Below, in pieces: positions 43,724 through 52,383 of a DNA stretch of 64,000 bases. The DNA comes from Clostridiales bacterium. Lineage in GTDB: Bacteria > Bacillota > Clostridia > Christensenellales > Aristaeellaceae. The translations under genes and the position numbers were made by a program. Location of the stretch: positions 1,845 through 65,844 of the forward strand of contig SVGJ01000005.1 of the NCBI GenBank assembly GCA_015056415.1, in the 5' to 3' direction. The stretch's first letter is position 1. The number at the start of each line of letters is the position of its first letter. Below the pieces are notes generated by a model that was not told the DNA's origin, did not search any database, and was given only the letters and a program-made list of their open reading frames with translations.

Positions 43724-44373
43724 CACTCCACCCCGCCATCCGCAGGCGGCAGCATCAGCATCTGCTGGCTGCTCTCCGGCAGCAGCTGCGTCTGCTCCTC
43801 TTCCTGTTCTTCCTCTTCTTCCTCCACCGTGCCAGCCACGGGCACAGGCTTGCGCTCCGCCATGGCTTGCAGGGTTTTGTGCAAGGCCTTGGCCTTCTTT
43901 GCCTCCACCGGGCGCACCAGGCCATCCAATACGCCATCAACGTAGATGGCCACCCACCAGTCCTCATGCTCGTCCATCTCCAGCATCAGGTTGATGGGGC
44001 CTGCACCCATGCAAGGGGCAAAATACTCTTTCTGCACGAACATAATGCCGCTTTCGCCGCACCGCAGCGCCCAGTATCCATTGAACTCCGCCATGGTCAG
44101 CGGTTCAGCATGATCCCGGTCAATCTGGCTGGGTACCTGTTCAAACAGCTCCGCCTCATGCTCCACGGGATGCGTCTCCATCGCCGTGATCATGCCCTCG
44201 CTCAGCTCCCACACCTGCTGCAGCTGTTCACGGCTCAGCTGCAGCGTCCGCATGGGGTACATGGCCTCCGCCGTGCCGATCCATTGCAGCACCATGTTCT
44301 CCGTATAGCCCAGATCCAGCACGCACAGCTGCTCCGCTGCCATGCAGATCTTCTTCACCTTACCAAGCTTCAT
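43723..44373 (-). CDS. Hypothetical phage protein with poly-Glu C-terminal tract
   Basis: About 216 aa from MKLGKVKK; the upstream part of the 275-aa ORF overlaps the preceding gene. Confidence 0.5.
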   Translation of the reverse strand: MKLGKVKKICMAAEQLCVLDLGYTENMVLQWIGTAEAMYPMRTLQLSREQLQQVWELSEGMITAMETHPVEHEAELFEQVPSQIDRDHAEPLTMAEFNGYWALRCGESGIMFVQKEYFAPCMGAGPINLMLEMDEHEDWWVAIYVDGVLDGLVRPVEAKKAKALHKTLQAMAERKPVPVAGTVEEEEEEQEEEQTQLLPESSQQMLMLPPADGGVE

Positions 44374-44629
44374 CAAGAGGCCCTCCTGTCTTTTGATTTT
44401 TGAGAGTTTTGATGACAACTTCAACGTTGACTTTTGCCGCATTGGCCATGAAATCATCAAACAGTTTCTCATACTTCTCAAAGCACTCAGGACACAGATC
44501 TTTCCCGCTGGCAGCTCTCCACCCTTCAATTGGAGGCGTTTCATGTCCAAAGGTTCGCCAAACGATCTGTTTTATCTCCTGCGTTTGGCCGCAGCGGTCA
44601 CAGGTGATAAAGGTCTTATTTGTTTTCAT
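44360..44629 (-). CDS. Small zinc-ribbon-like phage protein
   Basis: CDRCG...CPEC pairs; ATGA overlap with the upstream gene. Confidence 0.5.
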   Translation of the reverse strand: MKTNKTFITCDRCGQTQEIKQIVWRTFGHETPPIEGWRAASGKDLCPECFEKYEKLFDDFMANAAKVNVEVVIKTLKNQKTGGPLDEAW

Positions 44630-44955
44630 CGCTTTGCACCTTCCCTGCGTTTCCGCCTGGGGCCACCCCAGAACACCTGCACCTTCTGCTGCGCTTTCCA
44701 TCCATCAAGGCCCAGCGCCGCACGCATCAGCTTCACGCCCTCCAGATCCTGTTTGTTCTTGCGGCGGTTGCCATCCACCGCCACGCTGAACGCCGGCGAC
44801 TTCTTAATAGTAAAGTGATCACACAACGCCAGCCTGCCATTCCGCCGGATGGCCACTTGCAGAGGATCCAGCCGTGCATCGCACAGACCGCTTTCCTCAG
44901 CACGGACACCTTCGCCAATGCCCTGCACCTCAAACCGTACATACCGCTTAATCAT
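44626..44955 (-). CDS. Hypothetical phage protein (basic C-terminus)
   Basis: About 109 aa from MIKRYVRF; ATGA overlaps at both ends. Confidence 0.45.
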   Translation of the reverse strand: MIKRYVRFEVQGIGEGVRAEESGLCDARLDPLQVAIRRNGRLALCDHFTIKKSPAFSVAVDGNRRKNKQDLEGVKLMRAALGLDGWKAQQKVQVFWGGPRRKRREGAKR

Positions 44956-45200
44956 TCCCAGTCCAACTCCTTTCGAACTTCTTTTCTCCTGCACGCCATG
45001 GCAGGAATCTCCACCCACGTTCCGCACTCCGGGCAGCATACAGCGCCCTTTTCCTGGGTAATGGCCAGCCCCGGCACTCCCATGTGCCGCACCTGGCTGC
45101 TGATGGGCTTCACATCCCGGTTCTTATACGCCAGGTCAGCACCGCACACCGGACAAGTGACCTGGTATTCCTTTTCATCGGCTTTCACAATGATTCGCAT
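44952..45200 (-). CDS. Small zinc-ribbon phage protein
   Basis: CPVCG...CCPECG; GGAGAGGAG RBS before ATG 45200. Confidence 0.5.
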   Translation of the reverse strand: MRIIVKADEKEYQVTCPVCGADLAYKNRDVKPISSQVRHMGVPGLAITQEKGAVCCPECGTWVEIPAMACRRKEVRKELDWE

Positions 45201-45501
45201 TGTTGTTCTCCTCTCCAACCTTTAATCCTACAAAGTCACCCATGGCGTAGCGCATGTACAACTCCGAGTTCAGCATACACTTCAGCATCAGGTCTTTCCT
45301 ACACCTCACAGAAGCCGCCTCCACATCGTTCAGATCAATCTTGACCTCTGGGAGCATTGATAGATCTTCCGGCCTCCGCATGTACACCGGCCTGTTGTCA
45401 CAGCTCTTCGATCTCTGTTGCGACATGAGCTTATCCCTCAGTTCGGACATCAGCGACTCCCGCCTCTTCATCAGCTCACAATACTTCTTGTCACAGCTCA
45501 T
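45175..45501 (-). CDS. Hypothetical phage protein
   Basis: 108-aa ORF in the operon. Confidence 0.45.
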   Translation of the reverse strand: MSCDKKYCELMKRRESLMSELRDKLMSQQRSKSCDNRPVYMRRPEDLSMLPEVKIDLNDVEAASVRCRKDLMLKCMLNSELYMRYAMGDFVGLKVGEENNNANHCESR

Positions 45502-45519
45502 ACTTTGGCTCCTTCTCGC

Positions 45520-45816
45520 CTATTCGAACATACTCACTTGCCCCTCCACCGGAGTGTTGTTGGGCCGTTTCTCATGCTTCAACTGCTCAATCAGGGCAAT
45601 GTGTCCACGGTCAGCGCTCCGGCCATGCATCCCACAGGCCGTCCAGCTCTTCGCCCAGTCGGTCGCCGCTGAGTTGCTGTTCCCATACACAGCGCACTTG
45701 TAATGCCGGCGGCCGGAACGCTCCCGCTTGCACACCAGATGGCAGCAGTCCTCGCAGATCTGGCCCGTGTTTCTCCCAAATGCCTTATGCATGGCCGCCA
45801 GTTTCCTGTCCGTCAT
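45520..45816 (-). CDS. Cys-rich hypothetical phage protein
   Basis: 98 aa, CEDCCHLVC...YKC...CG. Confidence 0.5.
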   Translation of the reverse strand: MTDRKLAAMHKAFGRNTGQICEDCCHLVCKRERSGRRHYKCAVYGNSNSAATDWAKSWTACGMHGRSADRGHIALIEQLKHEKRPNNTPVEGQVSMFE

Positions 45817-46427
45817 GACATTTCACCCTCCAAGGCCTCACGGATTGCTCCTTCCAGCCTCACGCCCCGGTACGGACATTCGTCCTGCCCCGCACCCCTG
45901 GGGATATCGTCCATCATGGGTACTTGCTCAAATGCCTCCCGCAGCAGGCATTGTTTGCTGGCCTCGCAGCTTTCCGTGCAGTACATCTCGCAAGCTTCCA
46001 GCGCGCGGTCGAAAATCAGTTGCAGGTATCCGGATTCGATGTTGACCATACCAGGCAACTTGCTTGCGGAAACAGTAATAGATGCTCCCGTCGTGTTATG
46101 CTCAATCGTCCGGAACTGGCCTGCCGCCACCTTGCCGCACATGCTGTAAACCGCTTTACCCAGCAGTCCAACAGCAGCGGAGAGCATCTTGCCGGACCCG
46201 GTTTTTTTGCCGAAAGGCTGCAGCACAGGCACAGCTCGCTTTGCGATGCGGTACGCAGCCATCAACACAATCAGGGCTTCCAGCTGGTCATTGTAGAGCT
46301 TCTTTCGGCCCTCGTCCCTGTCCAATTGCTCCCGCCCCGCTTTGGTGTCCGGGTACCTTTTGCCCGTTACCTGGCTTATCAGCACCGGCTGCAGCGGCCC
46401 AGGTCTGTTTGCGCTCATGGTGTACAT
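45813..46427 (-). CDS. Hypothetical phage protein
   Basis: 204-aa ORF, ATGA-coupled to the next gene. Confidence 0.5.
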   Translation of the reverse strand: MYTMSANRPGPLQPVLISQVTGKRYPDTKAGREQLDRDEGRKKLYNDQLEALIVLMAAYRIAKRAVPVLQPFGKKTGSGKMLSAAVGLLGKAVYSMCGKVAAGQFRTIEHNTTGASITVSASKLPGMVNIESGYLQLIFDRALEACEMYCTESCEASKQCLLREAFEQVPMMDDIPRGAGQDECPYRGVRLEGAIREALEGEMS

Positions 46428-46448
46428 TGGCTTTCCCTCCTTTGTCTG

Positions 46449-47999
46449 TCATGCCGGCAGCCGCTCTCCCTGGCACAGCTCCGGCAGATTTGCCCTTACC
46501 AGGGCAGTTGGGATCGGCGGACATACGGCATTGCCGCAGCGGGCCACCTGCTCGGATTTCGGATATACATTGCCATCGGCGTCCACATCAATGATGTAAT
46601 CGGCCGGAAACCCCTGGGCGTCGAACAGCTCTCGCGGTGTCAGCATCCGCAGCCCGATATCCACGATCTGATAATCCTGACCATGTACGGTCACAAGCCC
46701 TATCCGGTCTTTTGCCGTAATGGTCGGCGCAGGATCCTCGCAGGATACCGCGTTGTCGCCGTTGCCGTAATACTTCACCAGGAAAGCGCACACCTCGCCA
46801 AAGTGGTTGCTCTGTGCTGTCATGGTGTTGAGAGGCTTTGTGACCTCCTGCCCGTCGCAGTTGTTGTTAAACTGGGTGATAAAAGCCGATGCCACGCCGA
46901 ATTTATTCCCCTGGGCAACGATGGTTCCCAAAGGCTTGTCCAAATCCAGCGCACGGGGCTGCTGCCCTTTCGCTTCCCCATAACCCATCTGGATCAGCGA
47001 TGGCGCAACCATCATGTGATGGCCGCCCGTGGTGATCGTGCCAATCGGCTCCCTCGCATCGCTGCCAACGGCGTTTTCGTTGTTCCGCAGCAGCACCGGC
47101 GTCACAACACCCGTGCCATGCTTGGCTGTGATGGTGTCCAGCGGTTCGGTGATCTCCTGGCCACGGAATCCATCCCCGCCGTGGTTCACCTGCACAATGA
47201 ACGGTTTCGGATTGTCAATCACGTATTTCTTCACGCCCCTGGCGATTCTGCGCATCGTCTTCTCCGAAAGCGGTCGCTGCGCCCGGATGCCATACTGCTC
47301 CATGATTTCCTCGCTGCTGGCGAAGATCGACGGACAAGGCAGAGAGAAGTCCAGCACATTTGCCACAGGCACCCAAGGCTTTTTTAGGCCTGCTTGCACC
47401 TCCAGCGAGTCCGGCGCGGCGTGGGTAGGCTCCGGCCATACAATGGGCAGCCCATCGCAGCGGGCGATCAGAAAGAACCGCCGTCGGATTGTCGGCGCTC
47501 CGTAGTCGCATCCCTTTAACAATCGCCATTCCACCTGGTAGCCCAGCCTCTCCAGCTGATGCACGAACCTTTGAAAGGTTTCGCCCTTGTATCTGGGGTC
47601 GGGCCGGTCGTGTTCGTCAAGACGGCCCCAGTCCTGGAACTCTTCCACGTTTTCCAGCATAATCACTCTTGGATGCACCGCTTTGGCCCACTTCACCGCC
47701 ACCCAGGCAAGGCCGCGAATCTTCTTGCTTACAGGCTTCCCGCCCTTGGCTTTGCTGTGGTGCTTGCAGTCCGGGGAGAACCAGGCCAGCGCCACCGGAT
47801 GCCCTGCACACGCCTCCACCGGGTCAACCTTCCACACATCCTCAATGTAATGCTTCGTCGCCGGGTGATTTGCCCGATGCATGGCAATGGCTGCCGGATC
47901 ATGATTGATGGCGATGTCCACGCTGCGGCCAATGGCAATCTCAATGCCCGTGGACGCCCCTCCGCCGCCGGCGAAGTTGTCTACCACGATCTCATTCAT
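46449..47999 (-). CDS. DNA (cytosine-5)-methyltransferase with a long target-recognition region
   Basis: Motif I FAGGGGAS, motif IV SPDCKHHS, ENV, RRRFFLIA, QGFP, GNAVCP; 516 aa. Confidence 0.9.
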   Translation of the reverse strand: MNEIVVDNFAGGGGASTGIEIAIGRSVDIAINHDPAAIAMHRANHPATKHYIEDVWKVDPVEACAGHPVALAWFSPDCKHHSKAKGGKPVSKKIRGLAWVAVKWAKAVHPRVIMLENVEEFQDWGRLDEHDRPDPRYKGETFQRFVHQLERLGYQVEWRLLKGCDYGAPTIRRRFFLIARCDGLPIVWPEPTHAAPDSLEVQAGLKKPWVPVANVLDFSLPCPSIFASSEEIMEQYGIRAQRPLSEKTMRRIARGVKKYVIDNPKPFIVQVNHGGDGFRGQEITEPLDTITAKHGTGVVTPVLLRNNENAVGSDAREPIGTITTGGHHMMVAPSLIQMGYGEAKGQQPRALDLDKPLGTIVAQGNKFGVASAFITQFNNNCDGQEVTKPLNTMTAQSNHFGEVCAFLVKYYGNGDNAVSCEDPAPTITAKDRIGLVTVHGQDYQIVDIGLRMLTPRELFDAQGFPADYIIDVDADGNVYPKSEQVARCGNAVCPPIPTALVRANLPELCQGERLPA

Positions 48000-48354
48000 C
48001 TTCGGTCTCCGCCTCCGTGCTTCTTCTGATCATCGGTGAAGCCCTGAAGGGGACAAGACTTTCCACTTCATGCACCGGAATCCCCTGATAGGTCGCATAC
48101 TGCGCTTCCAGCTTCGCTCCAGGCGAATTTGTCCAGCCAGGCAGCAGCATCAGCACATCGCAAGCGTCGATCATCGCCATGCAAATGGGCATATACTTCT
48201 CAGCTGCCAGACCGTCCGGCAGCATTGCAGGGTTCAGGATACGCCATCCAAATGCGCTCATCACCTCTTCAGCCTTGGTAAACAGCCCGCGTCCCTTATC
48301 CGGCAGGCCCGTCATTTTCCCCGCGATGTATACCGCATGATGTTTCATCAACAT
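47992..48354 (-). CDS. DUF4406 / nucleoside 2-deoxyribosyltransferase-like protein
   Basis: VYIAGKMTGLPD...NPA...IDACDVLMLLPGWTNSPGAKLE pattern; CAGGAGGA RBS. Confidence 0.7.
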   Translation of the reverse strand: MLMKHHAVYIAGKMTGLPDKGRGLFTKAEEVMSAFGWRILNPAMLPDGLAAEKYMPICMAMIDACDVLMLLPGWTNSPGAKLEAQYATYQGIPVHEVESLVPFRASPMIRRSTEAETEDE

Positions 48355-48367
48355 GGTTTCCTCCTGT

Positions 48368-50872
48368 TCATTCTTGCGCCTCCACCAGGTCAAACAGCGT
48401 CGGCACATCCCGCTGGGCGTCCACCTCCTGCAGGTAGCCCACGCCGTCGCGGAAGTAATCCGGGTTCAATTCGGTTCCGATGCCATCCCGGCCCAGGCGC
48501 ACAGCCTCCACCGGCACGGTCATCAAACCGCCGAATGGATCATAGACGGTCTCGCCGGGGTTGGAGTAGCGGTTGATCAGCCTGTCCACAATATCCAGCT
48601 GCAAGGGACATACGTGCATCTGGCGGCCACCCTGCACCTGTTTGCTGTTCAGCGTCCGCATACGGTTCACATCGTCCCAGACCTCATCCGTCCAGGATCC
48701 CGGCGCCACCACCATGAAGGTGGCGGGCAGGCGGCCCTCCGTGTCCAGCTTCTTTGCCAGGGCTACGTGTTCTTCGTAGCTGTATACGCTGTCCCGGCTG
48801 AATTGGCGGTACAGCTGCTGCAGCTTATCCACCGGGGCGCGGGCCAGTTCCTCCTTGGTTACCATGCGGTCGCCGGAGGAGCGCCAGTAGGCGTGGGCGT
48901 CGATCTGCCATTGGGCGCGGGTATAGTCCTCCTTGTCCTTGGTGACAGGGGTGTCGGCGTAAGCCTTCTCCCGACTGGTAGGCAGCTTGCGGAACAGAAG
49001 GACGTATTCCGGGCAGCCAACGCCCATCTTAGAGCCGTCCTTGCATTGCTCTGTCCAGCCCAGGCGGTAGGTCTGGTTATTCTCCCGAACCACATCCGTC
49101 ACCACGGTGATCATGCCCATGTACTGGAAGCCGTGCTTCATGTAGTGTGCAATGGTTAGCGCGTGGAAGGGTTCGATGGTTGGCATGCCCGTGCCGGTCT
49201 GGCTGCCGAAGAGAACGCGATCCTTCACATGGCAGGCGAAGATCCTGCCGGGTTTCAGCACTTTCAGCAGGGAGGGCGCCAGGTAGTCCATCTGCTGGAA
49301 GAACTTCTCCGTGTCCTCGTTGTGGCCCAGATCGTTGTAGCTTGGCGTGTACTCGTAGTGGTTGCTGAAGGGGATGCTGGTCACGATCAGATCCACGCTG
49401 TTCTCCTCCATGCGGGCGGTCTCCTCGATGGTATCGTTGAGAACGGCCCGGTAATGGTTGCCGGTGACTTCCATGCGCTCCACGCCGATGCTCCTTTCCA
49501 TGCGCTTGATGATGCTCTGGTTGTTCAGTCCGTGCCGCCGCATCAGCCCCGCCAGCTTCTCCTGCATGGCGTTGTGGTTCTCCCACTTGGCCTGCAGGGC
49601 TTTGAGGATCTCCCGCTCGCTCTCCATGTAGATGATGTCGATGATCACCTGTTCAGTTTGCAAAAAGCGATAGATGCGGTGGATGGCCTGGATGAAATCA
49701 TTGAACTCGTAGTCAATACCCACAAAGATGGCGCGGTGGCAATGCCGCTGGAAGTTGCAGCCGCTGCCGGAGATCTCCTTCTTGGTGGCAAGCAGTCGGT
49801 TGCGCCCCTCAGAGAAGTCGATGATGCGCTGCTCCCTCAGGTCGATGTCCAGGCTGCCGTAGATCTCCACAGCCTCCGGCAATGCCTGCTTGATGACTCT
49901 GCGTTCGTCCTCCAGGTCATGCCAGAGAATGAAGTTCGCCTCCGGATCGCTGTCCACGATCTCTTTTGCCTTGGCTACCCTGGCCGGGATGCTCTCACGC
50001 TTCTCCCGGGCGGCGTCCTGCAAGCTCAGCGCCGCATCCCGCAGCAGCTTGCCCTGGCCGAACTTGTCAAAGCCCGCCTCGCTGTTGTCCACCGGTAGCT
50101 CATGGTACCGCACATCCAAGGGCGGCAGGTTGTACCCCTCATCGTTGTACCCCAGATCGCTGGGCCGCTGGATGCACAGCGCCCAGGTGCTCACCCACAG
50201 CCAGAACTCCTCCTGCTTGTGAGGGTACAGCGTCAGGTTGTTGGCCTTGGTGCTGTCACGCTGAAAGAACCTTGTCAGCGCCTGCCCGGTGTCCATCACA
50301 TCCAGGTACCCGGCATAATGGATCAGCTCCTTGTACCTGTTGGGGCTGGGTGTCGCGGTGCATACCAGCTTATACCGCACACCCTTGAACTTATCCAGGA
50401 AGGTCTGATAGGTCTTGCTACCGAAGGAGCGCAGCACGCTGGCTTCGTCCAGGCTTGTGGCGGTAAAGTAGGCTGGATCGATGTCTCCGTCCCTGACGCG
50501 CTCATAGTTGGTAATCAGGATGGGGTCATCTGTAGCACGGATCTCCTCCATGTTGCGCACGTAGACAGGCGGCTTCCACCACTCCAGCACCTCCCGGGCG
50601 TCACGGATGAACTCCTGCTTCACGCCCAAGGGGCAGACGATCAGCGCCTGACCACCCTCACGCTTCACCACCAGCCGGCAGTATTCCAGCTGCTGGATGG
50701 TCTTGCCCAGGCCGAAGGATTCAAACAGCGCACGCTTGCCGCCCCTGATGGCCCAGGCCACCGCGTCCCGCTGGTGGTGTTTCAGCGCCCAGTTGATATC
50801 CTCAGGATCCACCTCGAAGCCGCTCTCCGGTGCGATCACCATCTTGGATTCAAGGAATTGTTGGTAGGTCAA
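48368..50872 (-). CDS. SNF2-family helicase fused to a beta-class N6/N4 DNA methyltransferase
   Basis: GLGKT, DEAS and QAIHRIYR helicase motifs in the N-terminal ~450 aa; TSIPF (motif IV) then DPFGGLMT (motif I) in the C-terminal part. Confidence 0.85.
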   Translation of the reverse strand: MTYQQFLESKMVIAPESGFEVDPEDINWALKHHQRDAVAWAIRGGKRALFESFGLGKTIQQLEYCRLVVKREGGQALIVCPLGVKQEFIRDAREVLEWWKPPVYVRNMEEIRATDDPILITNYERVRDGDIDPAYFTATSLDEASVLRSFGSKTYQTFLDKFKGVRYKLVCTATPSPNRYKELIHYAGYLDVMDTGQALTRFFQRDSTKANNLTLYPHKQEEFWLWVSTWALCIQRPSDLGYNDEGYNLPPLDVRYHELPVDNSEAGFDKFGQGKLLRDAALSLQDAAREKRESIPARVAKAKEIVDSDPEANFILWHDLEDERRVIKQALPEAVEIYGSLDIDLREQRIIDFSEGRNRLLATKKEISGSGCNFQRHCHRAIFVGIDYEFNDFIQAIHRIYRFLQTEQVIIDIIYMESEREILKALQAKWENHNAMQEKLAGLMRRHGLNNQSIIKRMERSIGVERMEVTGNHYRAVLNDTIEETARMEENSVDLIVTSIPFSNHYEYTPSYNDLGHNEDTEKFFQQMDYLAPSLLKVLKPGRIFACHVKDRVLFGSQTGTGMPTIEPFHALTIAHYMKHGFQYMGMITVVTDVVRENNQTYRLGWTEQCKDGSKMGVGCPEYVLLFRKLPTSREKAYADTPVTKDKEDYTRAQWQIDAHAYWRSSGDRMVTKEELARAPVDKLQQLYRQFSRDSVYSYEEHVALAKKLDTEGRLPATFMVVAPGSWTDEVWDDVNRMRTLNSKQVQGGRQMHVCPLQLDIVDRLINRYSNPGETVYDPFGGLMTVPVEAVRLGRDGIGTELNPDYFRDGVGYLQEVDAQRDVPTLFDLVEAQE

Positions 50873-50878
50873 GTGAAG

Positions 50879-51847
50879 TTACCTCCTGCTCCTTGTGTAG
50901 TTGTCCTCGTATTCATCAAAGCTCTTTGTTTTCCAGAAGATCATCGGCGAGTTGACCCACCGTTGCAGCCTTCGCGTGACAGATGGCGCCGTGTCCTTCC
51001 GGTAGATCATCACATACGGCTGTATATCCAACTCGCGCAGCGTCATTATTCTCCGGATATCCTCTTCATGAGTGCTATGTTTGTTTGTCAGTACATAGGC
51101 AGAAACCCGCTCATGCCTCGCCATCTTCAAATGGTTCATCACCATGCGGAATTGCTCAGCATGATCTTCCCATGGCCTATCCCAGGCAAAATGTATCCGT
51201 TCCCACTTGACAGCGTTGATGTCAGCGCATTTTGCAGGCGACATAGCTGTAATATCCAGTCCTTGCGAAAAGTCCACCCACGCACCGCTCTTGGCCAAAT
51301 CTCCTATGTGCATCTCCCAGTCGCTGCTGCACGTGAGGTTGGGATCCATGAGGCTGATATACTTCTGGCCCGTCCAGAAATCGCCCAGCCGCGCAACCGT
51401 GCGCACCTTGCGGCCTTGCATAGAGCATACATGACAGAAATCACAGTTTCGCGGACATCCTTTGGTTAAAAATCCGTAGGCCGTGTCCGTGATTCCAAAT
51501 CCTTCATAAATGCTGTAATCTGGCCGCATGTCTTCAATCTCTGGAGCTAAATCTGGGTCGCGGGCCTTGTCGTGAACTTCTATCCCGTCCACCACATCAA
51601 TGGCATACCCGCTTCCGCCCCGTATGATCTCGTCCGCATCTATCGGCCAAATGTAGTCCCTTGAATACTCCTCGCTGAATACCTTGGAGAGATACACCAC
51701 ATCCATGTGGCCCGAGGTCAGAGGGTGATACCAGGAGACATCGTCACCCTTGGTTTTGTGAAATGCGCTGATCTTCATCAAAGCGAGGTTGGGATATGTC
51801 ACCCGGCCACGGGATTCAGCATCCACATCAACCAAGCCGATCTTCAC
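50879..51847 (-). CDS. Radical SAM protein with B12-binding-like N-terminal region, function unknown
   Basis: CPRNCDFC (CxxxCxxC) at nt 51434-51457; GTG start overlapping the sigma factor stop (GTGA) behind GAGGAGGTG. Confidence 0.75.
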   Translation of the reverse strand: MKIGLVDVDAESRGRVTYPNLALMKISAFHKTKGDDVSWYHPLTSGHMDVVYLSKVFSEEYSRDYIWPIDADEIIRGGSGYAIDVVDGIEVHDKARDPDLAPEIEDMRPDYSIYEGFGITDTAYGFLTKGCPRNCDFCHVCSMQGRKVRTVARLGDFWTGQKYISLMDPNLTCSSDWEMHIGDLAKSGAWVDFSQGLDITAMSPAKCADINAVKWERIHFAWDRPWEDHAEQFRMVMNHLKMARHERVSAYVLTNKHSTHEEDIRRIMTLRELDIQPYVMIYRKDTAPSVTRRLQRWVNSPMIFWKTKSFDEYEDNYTRSRR

Positions 51848-52383
51848 GCGCACACCTCCTCGCGTATCTGCCGCGTAATGCGCTGCAAGCATCGGGCCAC
51901 ATAGCTCTGTGAAAGGCCCAGGGCATTCCCAATCTGGGTTTGCGTTTTCCCTTCCAACATCAGATCCATCATCTGCTTGTCGCGTCCCTTCAACCCAGCC
52001 AGCGCCTCGCGGGCAAACAATACATCCAGCTTCTCTTCCATCGTATCGTCAGCCATAAGCACCTCTCCAAAGGTGATGTTATCGTGATCTATCATCACAG
52101 CATCCAGGCTGAACGCCTCTTTGCGCTTGTCCCTGCATGCCTGTCGCTGGAAGCGTACATACTTGCGCACTTCCATCTCAATGCACCTGCTGGCCAGCGT
52201 TGCAAACGTGCCTTTCTCCGGTCTCCATGCCATGGCGGCATAGCACAGGCCCATCATACCCAGCTGCACATAGTCCTCCCACTCCGCCGCCGGCGCATCC
52301 CAGATGATCTTACGCAGCGTGAAATACACCAGCTTCTGGTTCTCCTCCACCAGCCGCCGCTCTTCGTCCGTCATCGTTCTCAT
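51844..52383 (-). CDS. Phage sigma-70 family (group 4-like) RNA polymerase sigma factor
   Basis: Region 2-like DYVQLGMMGLCYA and region 4 HTH IGNALGLSQSYVARCLQRI; 179 aa. Confidence 0.8.
   Translation of the reverse strand: MRTMTDEERRLVEENQKLVYFTLRKIIWDAPAAEWEDYVQLGMMGLCYAAMAWRPEKGTFATLASRCIEMEVRKYVRFQRQACRDKRKEAFSLDAVMIDHDNITFGEVLMADDTMEEKLDVLFAREALAGLKGRDKQMMDLMLEGKTQTQIGNALGLSQSYVARCLQRITRQIREEVCA

Noticed and set aside
45924-51469. Plus-strand ORFs of 487, 311 and 455 aa opposite the methyltransferase, SNF2 and radical SAM genes
   Set aside because: They are antisense to genes with unambiguous catalytic motifs. Same compositional artefact.
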